Assembly (NCBI GenBank): GCA_040755835.1
Contig: JBFMAB010000122.1
Span: 107,180 to 146,503 of the forward strand
Reading direction: 5' to 3'
DNA length: 39,324 nt
Source: Myxococcota bacterium
GTDB lineage: Bacteria > Myxococcota > Myxococcia > Myxococcales > Myxococcaceae
Shown: one piece after another, positions 27,654 through 36,496 of the stretch
Position numbering within the stretch: position 1 is the first letter of the stretch
Layout of the letters: each line of letters opens with the position of its first letter
Made by a program: the position numbers and the translations under genes
The notes under the pieces: generated by a model
What the model saw: only the letters and a program-made list of their open reading frames with translations
What the model was told of the DNA's origin: nothing
Databases searched by the model: none

Positions 27654-29003
27654 ATGACGAAGGGCCGGCAGGGCGCATCGCACGCAGGCTCGCTGGCGGC
27701 GCTGGCCGCCTCGCTGGACACGGCCAAGCGCGCGCTGCCGGCGTCGGCGGCCGCGTCGAAGTCGAAGGACGCGCTGCGCGAGGCGCTCCGCGAGAAGCCG
27801 CCGGCCCGGGTCGAGGCGGAGGCGCCGTCTGTTTCCTCGCACGACGCGAAGTCCGCCGTGGCGTCGGGGGCGCGTGAGGCGAAGCCGACCACTGGGGCGC
27901 GGGCGCGGGACGCGAAGGCGAGCGCTTCGTCGAGTCGGGGGCCGTCGACGGCTGCACGCGGCGCGAAACCGGGCCCCGCTTCCAGCCGGGGGACTTCCGG
28001 GCCCGGGCACGACGCGGAGGGGAGCGCAACTGCGAGTCGGGGACCGTCGGCCCCTGCGCGCGACGCGAAGCCGAGCCCCGCGCCCAGCCGGCGAACGTCC
28101 GCGCCGGCGCGTGACGGGAAGCCCGGCGCCGCCTCCAGCCGACATGCCCGCGAGCCTGCGCGGGAAGCCAGGCCCAGCGTCCCTGCCGGCCGAGCGGCGA
28201 CGGCGCCGCCGCGCGACGAGAGCCGTCCTTCCAGCCGAGGTGCTTCCCCGCCCGCGCGCGAGGAGAAGCGCAGCGCCGCCGTCAGCCGCAGCGCGCCGGC
28301 GCCGGTGCGTGACGCGAAGGCGAGCGCCAGCGCGGGCCGCGTCGAGCCGAGGTCCGCCGCGTCCGCGCGAGCCGGTTCGGCGCCGCCCGTCCCGGCGCTC
28401 TCGTCTGCGGTTCCGCGCGCCGCAGCGCTGGCGTCGATGGCGCGCGCGCCGAGCCCTGTGCCCGCGCGCACGCCCGTCTCCCGACCGGTGGGCTCGGCGG
28501 TGTCGCCCCCGGTGGGGAACTCGCGCCGCCGCTACCCGCGGGCGGAGCTCACGGTGAAGGCGCGGCTCTCGCTCGCCGACGACCCGTCGCGCGTCTTCGA
28601 GGCGTCGCTGCCGACGGTGAACATCTCCGTGGGCGGGCTCTTCCTCGAGTCCAGCTTCTTCCTGAAGCTGGGCACCAGGCTGCTGGTGCACCTCTCGCTC
28701 CCGCCGAAGGGCCGCGAGGTGACGGTGAAGGGTGAAGTCGTGCGCGTCGAGTCGTCGGACGCCGGCCCGTCGGGCTTCGCCCTGCGCTTCACCGAGTACC
28801 TCGACGGCAGCGAGGTGGCGCTCGCCACCCACTTCCTCTCGCCGGTGCTGCGCGAGTTCATCAGCAGCTACGCGAAGCAGCACCGCTTCGACGCGAGCGC
28901 CGAGTACCTGGCGCACACCGCGGACGTGCTGGCCGCCTGGGAATTGAAGAAGGCCGAGCTCGGCGGCGACGTCTGGCAGATGACCTGGCGCGACGCGCGA
29001 TGA
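27654..29003 (+). CDS. PilZ-domain protein with a long N-terminal Ser/Ala/Arg/Pro low-complexity repeat region
   Basis: C-terminal PilZ motifs RRRYPRAEL (RxxxR) and NISVGGLFLES (D/NxSxGG). About 290 aa of degenerate ARDAKP/SRGPS repeats. Starts 18 nt after metK. Confidence 0.7.
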   Translation: MTKGRQGASHAGSLAALAASLDTAKRALPASAAASKSKDALREALREKPPARVEAEAPSVSSHDAKSAVASGAREAKPTTGARARDAKASASSSRGPSTAARGAKPGPASSRGTSGPGHDAEGSATASRGPSAPARDAKPSPAPSRRTSAPARDGKPGAASSRHAREPAREARPSVPAGRAATAPPRDESRPSSRGASPPAREEKRSAAVSRSAPAPVRDAKASASAGRVEPRSAASARAGSAPPVPALSSAVPRAAALASMARAPSPVPARTPVSRPVGSAVSPPVGNSRRRYPRAELTVKARLSLADDPSRVFEASLPTVNISVGGLFLESSFFLKLGTRLLVHLSLPPKGREVTVKGEVVRVESSDAGPSGFALRFTEYLDGSEVALATHFLSPVLREFISSYAKQHRFDASAEYLAHTADVLAAWELKKAELGGDVWQMTWRDAR

Positions 29004-29821
29004 CGCTGTTTCAGGCCATCGTGCTCGGCCTGGTGCAGGGCCTCACCGAGTTTCTGCCCATCTCCTCCACCGCCCACCTGAAAATCGTCCCGGCGCTGCT
29101 CGGCTGGGGTGACCCGGGCGCGGCGTACTCCGCCGTCATCCAGCTGGGCACGGTGGGCGCGGTGCTGGTCTACTTCGCGAAGGACCTCGGGCGCCTGGCG
29201 CGCGGCTTCGTGAAGGGGCTCGTGGACCGGCGCCCGTGGGACAGTGAGGAGTCGCGGCTCGCGTGGTTCGTCGGCCTGGGCACGCTGCCCATCGGCGTGC
29301 TGGGGCTCGCCTTCAAGAAGTCCATCGAGACGACATTCCGCTCGCTGTACGTCATCTCAGGCTCCCTCATCGCGCTGGCGGTGGCGCTCTTCGTCGTCGA
29401 GCGCGTCGCGAAGCACGTCCGCACGCTGAAGGAGATGACGCTCAAAGACGGGCTCCTCATCGGCGCGTGGCAGGCGCTGGCGCTCATCCCCGGAAGCTCG
29501 CGCTCGGGGACCACCATCACCGGCGGCCTGTCGCTGGGCTTCACGCGCGAGGACGCGGCGCGCTACTCCTTTCTCCTCTCGATTCCCGCCACCACGCTGG
29601 CCGGGTTGTTCGAGTTGAAGCACCTGCTGGAGGCGAGCGAGCGGCCGTCGACGCTCGTGCTGGTGGTGGGCACCGCGGTGTCCTTCGCGTCGGGCCTGGC
29701 GGCGATTCACGGCCTGTTGCGCTTCCTGCGCACGCGCTCGACGCTGGTGTTCATCGTCTACCGCGTGGCGCTGGGGCTGCTCCTGCTCGGCCTGTTGACG
29801 GCGGGCGTCCTGCAGCCGTGA
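29000..29821 (+). CDS. uppP: Undecaprenyl-diphosphate phosphatase (BacA/UppP)
   Basis: The N-terminus MTLFQAIVLGLVQGLTEFLPISSTAHL and the PGSSRSG motif are diagnostic. ATGA overlap with the PilZ gene. Confidence 0.9.
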   Translation: MTLFQAIVLGLVQGLTEFLPISSTAHLKIVPALLGWGDPGAAYSAVIQLGTVGAVLVYFAKDLGRLARGFVKGLVDRRPWDSEESRLAWFVGLGTLPIGVLGLAFKKSIETTFRSLYVISGSLIALAVALFVVERVAKHVRTLKEMTLKDGLLIGAWQALALIPGSSRSGTTITGGLSLGFTREDAARYSFLLSIPATTLAGLFELKHLLEASERPSTLVLVVGTAVSFASGLAAIHGLLRFLRTRSTLVFIVYRVALGLLLLGLLTAGVLQP

Positions 29822-29878
29822 CGGTCGGCCATTGCGGTCGCGGCGCCGCGCGGGCCCGGGCGCTACACTCGGCCCGTC

Positions 29879-30475
29879 GTGGAGGCCGTCTCTTCTCTCG
29901 TCAGCGATGCCGCCGGACGTGACTTCTTCGAGCGCCTGCGCGCGCGCCTGCGCACGGTGCCCTCGAAGACGCTCGAGGCGCCGGGCCTCACGCTGAAGGA
30001 GGCGGCGGTGCTGGCGCCGCTCTTCTGGAGGAACGGCGAGCCGTGGACGTACCTCACGCAACGGCCGATGACGCTGCGCAAGCACCCCGGGCAAATTTCC
30101 TTTCCTGGCGGCGGGCGGGACGCGAGCGACCTGACGCCGCTGCACACCGCGCTGCGCGAGACGCGCGAGGAGCTCGGCCTCCCGGTGGAGCGCGTCGACG
30201 TGCTGGGCATGCTGGGGGCCATGCCCACCATCACTTCGTACTGGGTGACGCCCTTCGTTGGCGTGGTGCCGGCCGAGGCGCCGCTCTCGCCCAACCCGGG
30301 AGAGATCGCGCAGGTGCTGGAGGCGCCGCTGTGGCGGCTCCGGCGGGAGAAGCGGCGCATCTACGAGGCGGACCGCGACGTCTACGTGTGGGACGCGGGC
30401 CGAGACGTGGTGTGGGGCGCCACCTGGCGCATGCTGCACCAGCTGCTCGAGCACGTGGAGGCCGTGGGTCGCTGA
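29879..30475 (+). CDS. Nudix hydrolase, CoA-pyrophosphatase-like
   Basis: Nudix box (GQISFPGGGRDASDLTPLHTALRETREELGL) and an upstream LAPLF-type CoA-pyrophosphatase motif. Confidence 0.75.
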   Translation: MEAVSSLVSDAAGRDFFERLRARLRTVPSKTLEAPGLTLKEAAVLAPLFWRNGEPWTYLTQRPMTLRKHPGQISFPGGGRDASDLTPLHTALRETREELGLPVERVDVLGMLGAMPTITSYWVTPFVGVVPAEAPLSPNPGEIAQVLEAPLWRLRREKRRIYEADRDVYVWDAGRDVVWGATWRMLHQLLEHVEAVGR

Positions 30476-30621
30476 CGCCTGCGCCGCGCCAGGCGAGGAC
30501 GGCGCCGACGCGCGGCCGTCCGTGGCCCGCCGGGTCCGCGCAGCCACCGCGGGGCCGCGGGCGGTCGGCGGGAAGCGTCGCCCCGCGACGGCGCGGGCTG
30601 CGTGGCGCGGGCGGGCACTGC

Positions 30622-30709
30622 CCTCGCTGCGGCGGAGCGGGCGCTTTCGAGGCGTCTGTCACCTGGGACCGGCGACACGCCCTGCCGTCCGCGTCCTCGC
30701 TGCGGCGGA
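30622..30709 (+). repeat. 15-nt perfect direct repeat (CCTCGCTGCGGCGGA, two copies 73 nt apart) in an unassigned GC-rich segment
   Basis: Copies at 30622-30636 and 30695-30709. The flanks are partly similar (..gcggagcgggcgc / ..gcggaccggcgcc). Confidence 0.3.
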
Positions 30710-30740
30710 CCGGCGCCGGCGACGCGTCCCCATCACGTCC

Positions 30741-31661
30741 GTGGCGGCGCCACGCCGGGCCCCCGGTCCCTCGCCGCATCGGGCTGCCTCGTGGCACTCT
30801 CCCGTCGCGACGTCCGGCGACGGCGAGCTTACGCGGGCGGTCGAGGCGGCCCGTGCCCGCGTCGACGCGCTCGAGGCGGAAGGTGAGGCCGCGCAGCGCC
30901 AGGCCCGTGCCCCGTGGGACGCGAAGCTCGCCGCCGCGCGCGCTGAGGTCGCCCGACTGGAGGCCGAGGTGAAGGCGCTGGCCGCGCGCGCCGAGGCGCT
31001 GGAGGACGAGGCGCTGCGCGTTCGCCTGGGCGCGGGCGGGAGCGGGCCCACCGCCTGGTGGGCGCGAACCGTGTTCGTCGTCGTGACCTGCCTCGGCAGC
31101 ACGGCGTGGCTGGTGGAGCTGCACGGGCCGGTGGCGCTGGCCGCGGCGCTCGCGCTGCCGGCCGCCTTCGTCGTCGGGCGGTGGTGGGGGCGCGCGGTGG
31201 CTGACGAACGCGCCCTCCGCGACCAGCTCGAGGCGCTGCAGGCGCGCGCCCGCGTTCTCGAGGCCCGCGCGCAGGCCGGCGTGGACGAGGCGGCGGTGGC
31301 GTTGGAGTACCAGGCGTTGCTGGCGGACCTCGACGCGCGACGTGCGGCCCTCCTGTCGCGGCGAGAGGCGCTGGCCACCGACGTCGCGCGCGCCGAGGAG
31401 GTGCTGGGGTACGCCCTCGAGCAGCAGGCGGCGGAGATGGGGGACGAGGCGTCGCCGCGGCATGGCTCCGACACCGAGCAATTCGTCGGCTGGGTCGTGG
31501 GCCTCGCGGGCGCCGCGCTGGCGGTCGTCGTGCCCGCGCTGCTGGGCGCCGGCCGACCGCTGGTCGAGCAGACGTTGCTGGCCGTGGGCGGCCTTTCGGT
31601 GGCGGTCGGGGTCGCGGCGCGCCACGCGGTGCGCAGCGGCCGCGGGCGGCGCGCGCGCTGA
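30741..31661 (+). CDS. Coiled-coil membrane protein (two TM hairpins separated by Ala/Arg/Glu-rich coiled coils). Start unresolved.
   Basis: A convincing coding frame from about 30800 (GELTRAVEAARARVDALEAEGE...) with TM pairs (TVFVVVTCLGSTAWLV / VALAAALALPAAFVVG and FVGWVVGLAGAALAVVVPALL / LLAVGGLSVAVGVAA). There is no in-frame ATG. GTG candidates are at 30741 and 30522. Confidence 0.45.
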   Translation: MAAPRRAPGPSPHRAASWHSPVATSGDGELTRAVEAARARVDALEAEGEAAQRQARAPWDAKLAAARAEVARLEAEVKALAARAEALEDEALRVRLGAGGSGPTAWWARTVFVVVTCLGSTAWLVELHGPVALAAALALPAAFVVGRWWGRAVADERALRDQLEALQARARVLEARAQAGVDEAAVALEYQALLADLDARRAALLSRREALATDVARAEEVLGYALEQQAAEMGDEASPRHGSDTEQFVGWVVGLAGAALAVVVPALLGAGRPLVEQTLLAVGGLSVAVGVAARHAVRSGRGRRAR

Positions 31662-31685
31662 GCCCTCGTCGCGGCACGCAGCCGT

Positions 31686-34322
31686 GTGTTCAAATCAGCC
31701 GCTCTCCCCGGGGGGACCACCTTCGTGCGGCACGCCGCGCTCATCGAACAATTCGAGCAGTCCGTCAGCGAGCAGGGCGTGCGCGTCGTCGCGCTGCACT
31801 CGCCACGCGGGCTGGGCCGCTCGCACACGCTGCGCGCCTTCGCCGAGGAGCTGGGCGGCCGCGGCGAGCGCGTGGACGTGGTGGACGCGCGCCACTCGGG
31901 CGTGACGGCGGGCGGTTGCCTCGACGCGCTGCTGCGCCTGCGCCTCGGCGTCGCGCCCGACGCGCCCGCCGGGGAGGTGCGCGCCGTCCTCGAGGCGCAG
32001 CATGCCGACGTCGAGCCGCTGTCGCGCGAATTCCTCGCCTTCGTGCTGGGCGCCGAGGCGGACGGCTGGGACACGGCGCGCCTCGACTCCGCCGCGCGCT
32101 GGGAAGGCGCCGTCGCCGAGGTGGTGCGCTTTTTGGGCGCCGACGGCAAGGCGTGGGCATGGTGCATCGACGACGCCGCGTCGCTCGACGCGCAGACCGT
32201 GCAGGTGCTGGAGCTGTTGGGCCGCCACGCGGGCACGCCCGGGCTGGTGGTGCTGGCGGTCGCCGAGGAGGAGGCGGCGGCGTTGGAGTCGCGCTTCAAG
32301 GCGCTGCGGGCCGCGGAGCGCTTTGCGCGCGTGGCGCTGCCGCTGCCTGCGCTGGACCAGCTGGCCCGGGACTTCTCGCAGGAGGCGGTGAGCGCCGCGC
32401 GCGGCGTGCCGCTGACGTCGGCGCTGTTGCGCGCGTCGGGTGCGCCGCCGGAGCCGTCGACGGTGGAGTCGGCCGTGCGCGCGGTGGTGGCGGGCCTGGG
32501 CGACGTGGAGCGCGCGGCCCTGGACATCCTCTGCGTCGCCGGCGGCCGGCTGCCCGAGAGCGCGCTCGACGTGACGCTGGGCGGCTCCTTCGCGCGCGCG
32601 GGCGAGACGCTGGAAAAGCACTTCCTGTGCGGGCGCGGTCCGACGCGGCGCTTCCCCGGCACCCGCGAGCTGTGGGTGCGCTACCCGTGGTTGGTCGCCG
32701 AGCGCGCGCGCGCGTCGGCGGGGCTGGCGGGGGGCTGGCTGGCGACGCTGGGCGTGTGGGCCGAAGAGGAGCTCCGCCGCGTCGGCGTGCGCCGCGAGCA
32801 CCTCGCGCTGGCGTTGCCGCTCCTCATTCGCGCGGCGGCGGCGTCCGGCGACGCGACGCGCGCCACGCTGGCGCACGAGTTGGCGTCCCGGCTCGAGGCC
32901 AACCCCGAGGCGCTGGGCCAGGCCTTCCAGCGAGCCGTGGGCGTACGGCGGCTGGTGCTGGCCCGGCGCCAGGTGGAGGAGCGCACGTTCCGCGGCGAGG
33001 TGACGCAGGCCGTGGCTGACGCCACCGCGGCCGTGCGGCAGGTGCCGCCGGGCGCCACGGTGCTGCCGCCCGGCTGGGCCGAGCTGGTCTTCGACGGCGT
33101 GGAGGACGAGCTCGAGCGCTGGGACCGGCTGTCTCTCGAGGAGGCCAGCGTGGCCGTCGAGCTCGCGCGCGCCGAGGCGCTGTCGCAGCTGGGTCGCGCG
33201 GGCGAGACGGCGCGCGCCTTTCAGGCGCTGGAGGAGCGGCTACCGCGGCTGCCGCGCAGTCCGGCCGCCAGCGCCTTGTGGCTCCGCTGGGCGCGCACCT
33301 GGTCCTGGTTCCAGGCGGAGATGCTGGCCGACGGGCCGGCGGCGCTGGCCACCTGCGAGCGCGTGCGACGCGTGGTGCCGCACGAGGACCTCGCGTCGTC
33401 CTTCCATGCGCCCGCCTTCCTCCGCGCCGAGCAGGTGGCGCACTCGCGCGGCGGGGACCGCGCGCGCGCGGAGGCGCTGGCGGACGAGCTCATCACCCTG
33501 TCCCGCGAGCGCGGCTCGCCGCGCGACGAGTGCGTGGCGTGGAACGCGCGGGCGCTGCTGCACCTGCGCGAAGGCGAGCTCTCTCGCGCCCGCTCGGACT
33601 TCGAGCGCTCGCTCGACCTCGCCCGGCGCGTCGGTTACCGACGCCGCGAGGCCATCGCGCTCCACAACCTCGGGCTGACGCTGTGCCGCCTCGGCGAGTA
33701 TGGCGCCGCGGTGGCCTGCCAGGAGCGCTACCTCGCGCTGTCCGAGCGCATCGGCAACTTCGCCGCGCGCGCCTATGCGCCCGCCGCCATCGCGCAGGTG
33801 CTGGTGCAGACGCAGGACGTGGCGCGCGCCGAGCTGGAGCTGTCCAGCGCGCGCCGCGCCGCCGAGGAGAACGGCTGGCCGGGCCTCGTGGCGTGGACGC
33901 GGCACCTGTCGGGGCTCCTCAAGCTGGGCCGTCATTGCGAGAAGAAGGACAGGCTGCAGCTGTCGCTGGCGCGCGCCGACTTCCTGGCGTGTCTCGACAT
34001 CCTCGAAGACACGAAGGCCGGCTGGTCCGAGGAGCTCGACCCCGCGGAGGTGGCCGGCTGCTTGGTGCTGTCGTGGTTGTTCGCCGGCAACGAGGCGCGG
34101 GCCCGCGCCGCGCTGCCCCGCGCCGAGCGGCTCGCCGGCGAGAGCCCTCTTTCGGCGAAGTTCGTCGAGGCGGTGCGCGACGTGGTGGACGCGAAGGAGC
34201 CTGACGCGGCGCTCGCCTGGCTGGAGGAGCGAGGCCACGCCCGGGAGCTGCAGCTGTGGCGTCGCTTCCTGCCCGCGCTGCAGCTCGAGCGCCGGCGCGC
34301 CGCGAAGGCGGCGAGGGGCTGA
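31686..34322 (+). CDS. Large STAND/AAA-like NTPase-domain protein with C-terminal TPR repeats
   Basis: N-terminal P-loop-like region (VVALHSPRGLGRSHTL), in which the canonical Walker-A Lys is an Arg. Walker-B-like hhhhDDA (WAWCIDDAASLD). A long helical array with TPR-like repeats (AIALHNLGLTLCRLGEYGAAVACQERYLALSERIG). Confidence 0.6.
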   Translation: MFKSAALPGGTTFVRHAALIEQFEQSVSEQGVRVVALHSPRGLGRSHTLRAFAEELGGRGERVDVVDARHSGVTAGGCLDALLRLRLGVAPDAPAGEVRAVLEAQHADVEPLSREFLAFVLGAEADGWDTARLDSAARWEGAVAEVVRFLGADGKAWAWCIDDAASLDAQTVQVLELLGRHAGTPGLVVLAVAEEEAAALESRFKALRAAERFARVALPLPALDQLARDFSQEAVSAARGVPLTSALLRASGAPPEPSTVESAVRAVVAGLGDVERAALDILCVAGGRLPESALDVTLGGSFARAGETLEKHFLCGRGPTRRFPGTRELWVRYPWLVAERARASAGLAGGWLATLGVWAEEELRRVGVRREHLALALPLLIRAAAASGDATRATLAHELASRLEANPEALGQAFQRAVGVRRLVLARRQVEERTFRGEVTQAVADATAAVRQVPPGATVLPPGWAELVFDGVEDELERWDRLSLEEASVAVELARAEALSQLGRAGETARAFQALEERLPRLPRSPAASALWLRWARTWSWFQAEMLADGPAALATCERVRRVVPHEDLASSFHAPAFLRAEQVAHSRGGDRARAEALADELITLSRERGSPRDECVAWNARALLHLREGELSRARSDFERSLDLARRVGYRRREAIALHNLGLTLCRLGEYGAAVACQERYLALSERIGNFAARAYAPAAIAQVLVQTQDVARAELELSSARRAAEENGWPGLVAWTRHLSGLLKLGRHCEKKDRLQLSLARADFLACLDILEDTKAGWSEELDPAEVAGCLVLSWLFAGNEARARAALPRAERLAGESPLSAKFVEAVRDVVDAKEPDAALAWLEERGHARELQLWRRFLPALQLERRRAAKAARG

Positions 34323-34344
34323 CGGGGACGCCGGGTCCAGTACC

Positions 34345-35742
34345 ATGCGGGCGATGGAAGACTTCGACCTGGTGGTCATCGGCGGCGGCGCGGCGGGCGA
34401 GAAGGGCGCCGCGCAGGCCGCCTACTTCGGGAAGAAGGTGGCGCTCGTCGAGCGGGAGCCGTCCTTCGGCGGCGCGATGGTGAACACCGGGACGCTGCCG
34501 TCGAAGACGCTGCGCGAGTCGGCGCTCTACCTGTCAGGCTTCCGCCAGCGCGGGCTGCACGGCGTGGAGATGGGGCTGACGCGGCAGGCGACGGTGGACG
34601 ACCTGCTGTTCCGCCTCGAGCAGGTGGTGGCGGCCGAGCGGCTGCGCATCGCCGCCAACCTCGACCGGCACCGGGTGCGCTGCTTCCAGGGCGAGGCGCG
34701 CTTCGTCGACCCGCACACCATCGCGGTGAAGGGCGAGGCGGGCGAGACGCGGCTGTCCGCGCGGCACGTCCTCATCGCGACGGGCAGCACGCCACGCCGG
34801 CCGGCGGCCTTCCCGTTCGAGCACCAGCGCGTCTACGACTCCGACGAAATCGTCCGCGTGCACGCCATTCCGGGGACGATGGTGGTGGTGGGCGGCGGCG
34901 TCATCGGCTGCGAGTACGCGTGCCTCTTCGCCACGCTGGGCGCGAAGGTGACGGTGGTGGAGGCGCGGCCCACCATCCTCGGATTCCTCGACGGCGAGGT
35001 GGTGGCGCTGCTGGAGGGGCGGATGCGCGCGCTGGGCATCGACTTCAAGAAGCCGGCGCAGGTCGCGCGCTGCGAGGCGGCGGCCGACGGCGTGGCGCTG
35101 ACGCTGGAGGACGGTGCGCGGCTCGAGGCGGACCTCGCGCTGGTGTGCGCCGGGCGGCAGGGCAACGTCGCGGCGCTGGACCTCGCCGCGGCGGGGCTTC
35201 AGGCGAACGCGCGCGGGCAGCTGGAGGTGGACGCGCGCTTCCGCACGAAGGTGCCCCACATCGCCGCGGTGGGTGACGTCATCGGCTTTCCGGCGCTGGC
35301 GTCGACGTCGATGGAGCAGGCCCGCGTCGCCGTCGTCCACTTCTTCGACCTCAAGTACAAGACGTCGATGGCGCCGGTGTTCCCGTACGGCATCTTCACC
35401 ATCCCCGAGGTGTCGATGGTGGGGGAGAGCGAGGAGGCGCTGCAGAAGGCGGGCGTCCCCTACGTGAAGGGCGTGGCGGACCTCTCGGCGAACGCGCGCG
35501 GCGCGATGATTGGCGAGACGGGGCTTCTCAAGTTGCTGTTCCGCGGGGACGACATGAAGCTGGTCGGCGTGCACCTCCTCGGCGAAGGCGCCACCGAGTT
35601 GGTGCACGTGGGGTTGATGGCGATGCTGGCCGGCGCGACGGCCGACCTCTTCATCGAGGCGTGCTTCAACTACCCGACGCTGTCCGAGGCCTACAAGTAC
35701 GCGACGTACGACGCGCTGAGGCGGCGCCAGGAAGGACGGTGA
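34345..35742 (+). CDS. sthA: Soluble pyridine nucleotide transhydrogenase-like flavoprotein (SthA/UdhA-like; FAD/NAD(P) disulfide-reductase fold lacking the redox disulfide)
   Basis: FAD-binding GxGxxG (DLVVIGGGAAGEKGA). GTLPSKTL in place of the Cys-containing redox-active-disulfide motif of lipoamide dehydrogenases, aligning with the E. coli SthA motif GTIPSKAL. NAD(P)-binding VVVGGGVIGCEYA. A C-terminal motif FNYPTLSEAY matching SthA FNYPTMAEAY. Confidence 0.8.
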   Translation: MRAMEDFDLVVIGGGAAGEKGAAQAAYFGKKVALVEREPSFGGAMVNTGTLPSKTLRESALYLSGFRQRGLHGVEMGLTRQATVDDLLFRLEQVVAAERLRIAANLDRHRVRCFQGEARFVDPHTIAVKGEAGETRLSARHVLIATGSTPRRPAAFPFEHQRVYDSDEIVRVHAIPGTMVVVGGGVIGCEYACLFATLGAKVTVVEARPTILGFLDGEVVALLEGRMRALGIDFKKPAQVARCEAAADGVALTLEDGARLEADLALVCAGRQGNVAALDLAAAGLQANARGQLEVDARFRTKVPHIAAVGDVIGFPALASTSMEQARVAVVHFFDLKYKTSMAPVFPYGIFTIPEVSMVGESEEALQKAGVPYVKGVADLSANARGAMIGETGLLKLLFRGDDMKLVGVHLLGEGATELVHVGLMAMLAGATADLFIEACFNYPTLSEAYKYATYDALRRRQEGR

Positions 35743-35747
35743 GCGGC

Positions 35748-36299
35748 ATGTGGAACCCGGACCAGTTCGCGCGGGCGCTGGACTTCGCGGCGAAGGCGCA
35801 CGGCGAGCAGAAGGTGCCGGGCACCGGCTTCCCGTACACGACGCACGTCACCAAGGTGGCGATGGAGGTGCTGCGCGCCTGTGTGGGCGAGACGTCGTTC
35901 GACGTGGACCTCGCGTGCACCTGCGCCCTGCTGCACGACTGCATGGAGGACGCCGGTGTCACCCGGGCGCAGCTGGTGGCGGAGTTCGGCGAGGCGGTGG
36001 CGGCGGGCGTGCAGGCGCTCACCAAGGACGAGGCCGTGCCGAAGACGCAGCGCATGGCCGACAGCCTCGCGCGCATCCGCGCGCAGCCGCGCGAGGTGTG
36101 GCTGGTGAAGCTGGCCGACCGCATCACCAACCTCGAGGCGCCGCCGCGCTCCTGGAGTCGGGAGAAGCGGCTCGCCTACCGCGAGGAGGCGCGCGCGATT
36201 CACGCCGCGCTGGCGGAGGCGCACGCGGGGCTCGCGGAGCGGCTGGCCGCGCGCATCGAGGCGTACCAGGCCTGGCTCGAGCCCGGCGGGGCGTCGTGA
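35748..36299 (+). CDS. HD-domain phosphohydrolase, RelA/SpoT-type (p)ppGpp-hydrolase-like (small alarmone hydrolase)
   Basis: AHGEQKVPGTGFPYTTHVTKVA ... LLHDCMEDAG. This is the HD motif arrangement of the RelA/SpoT hydrolase domain. 183 aa, with no synthetase domain. Confidence 0.7.
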   Translation: MWNPDQFARALDFAAKAHGEQKVPGTGFPYTTHVTKVAMEVLRACVGETSFDVDLACTCALLHDCMEDAGVTRAQLVAEFGEAVAAGVQALTKDEAVPKTQRMADSLARIRAQPREVWLVKLADRITNLEAPPRSWSREKRLAYREEARAIHAALAEAHAGLAERLAARIEAYQAWLEPGGAS

Positions 36300-36496
36300 G
36301 GCCCAGCGCGGCGAGGCGGCGGCCCGCGGCTCCGTGGTGGCGATGGTGATGGAGGAGGTTCCTCGACTGGCAGGCGAGGTCCTTCGCCGCGCTGGCGCTG
36401 AAGCGCCGGGCGGCGCCGAAACGGGAGGCCTCGGGTGGCGACGCCCGGGGCCTTCATCGTTTCCGGAGGCAGGCGGCTGTGCTCTACAGCCGCGCC

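Noticed and set aside
30659-32662. 667-aa minus-strand ORF and other Arg-rich ORFs (30231..31625, 31695..32876) antisense to the coiled-coil and STAND genes
   Set aside because: Ser/Arg/Ala low-complexity with no motifs. The plus-strand frames carry TM helices, P-loop-like and TPR features.
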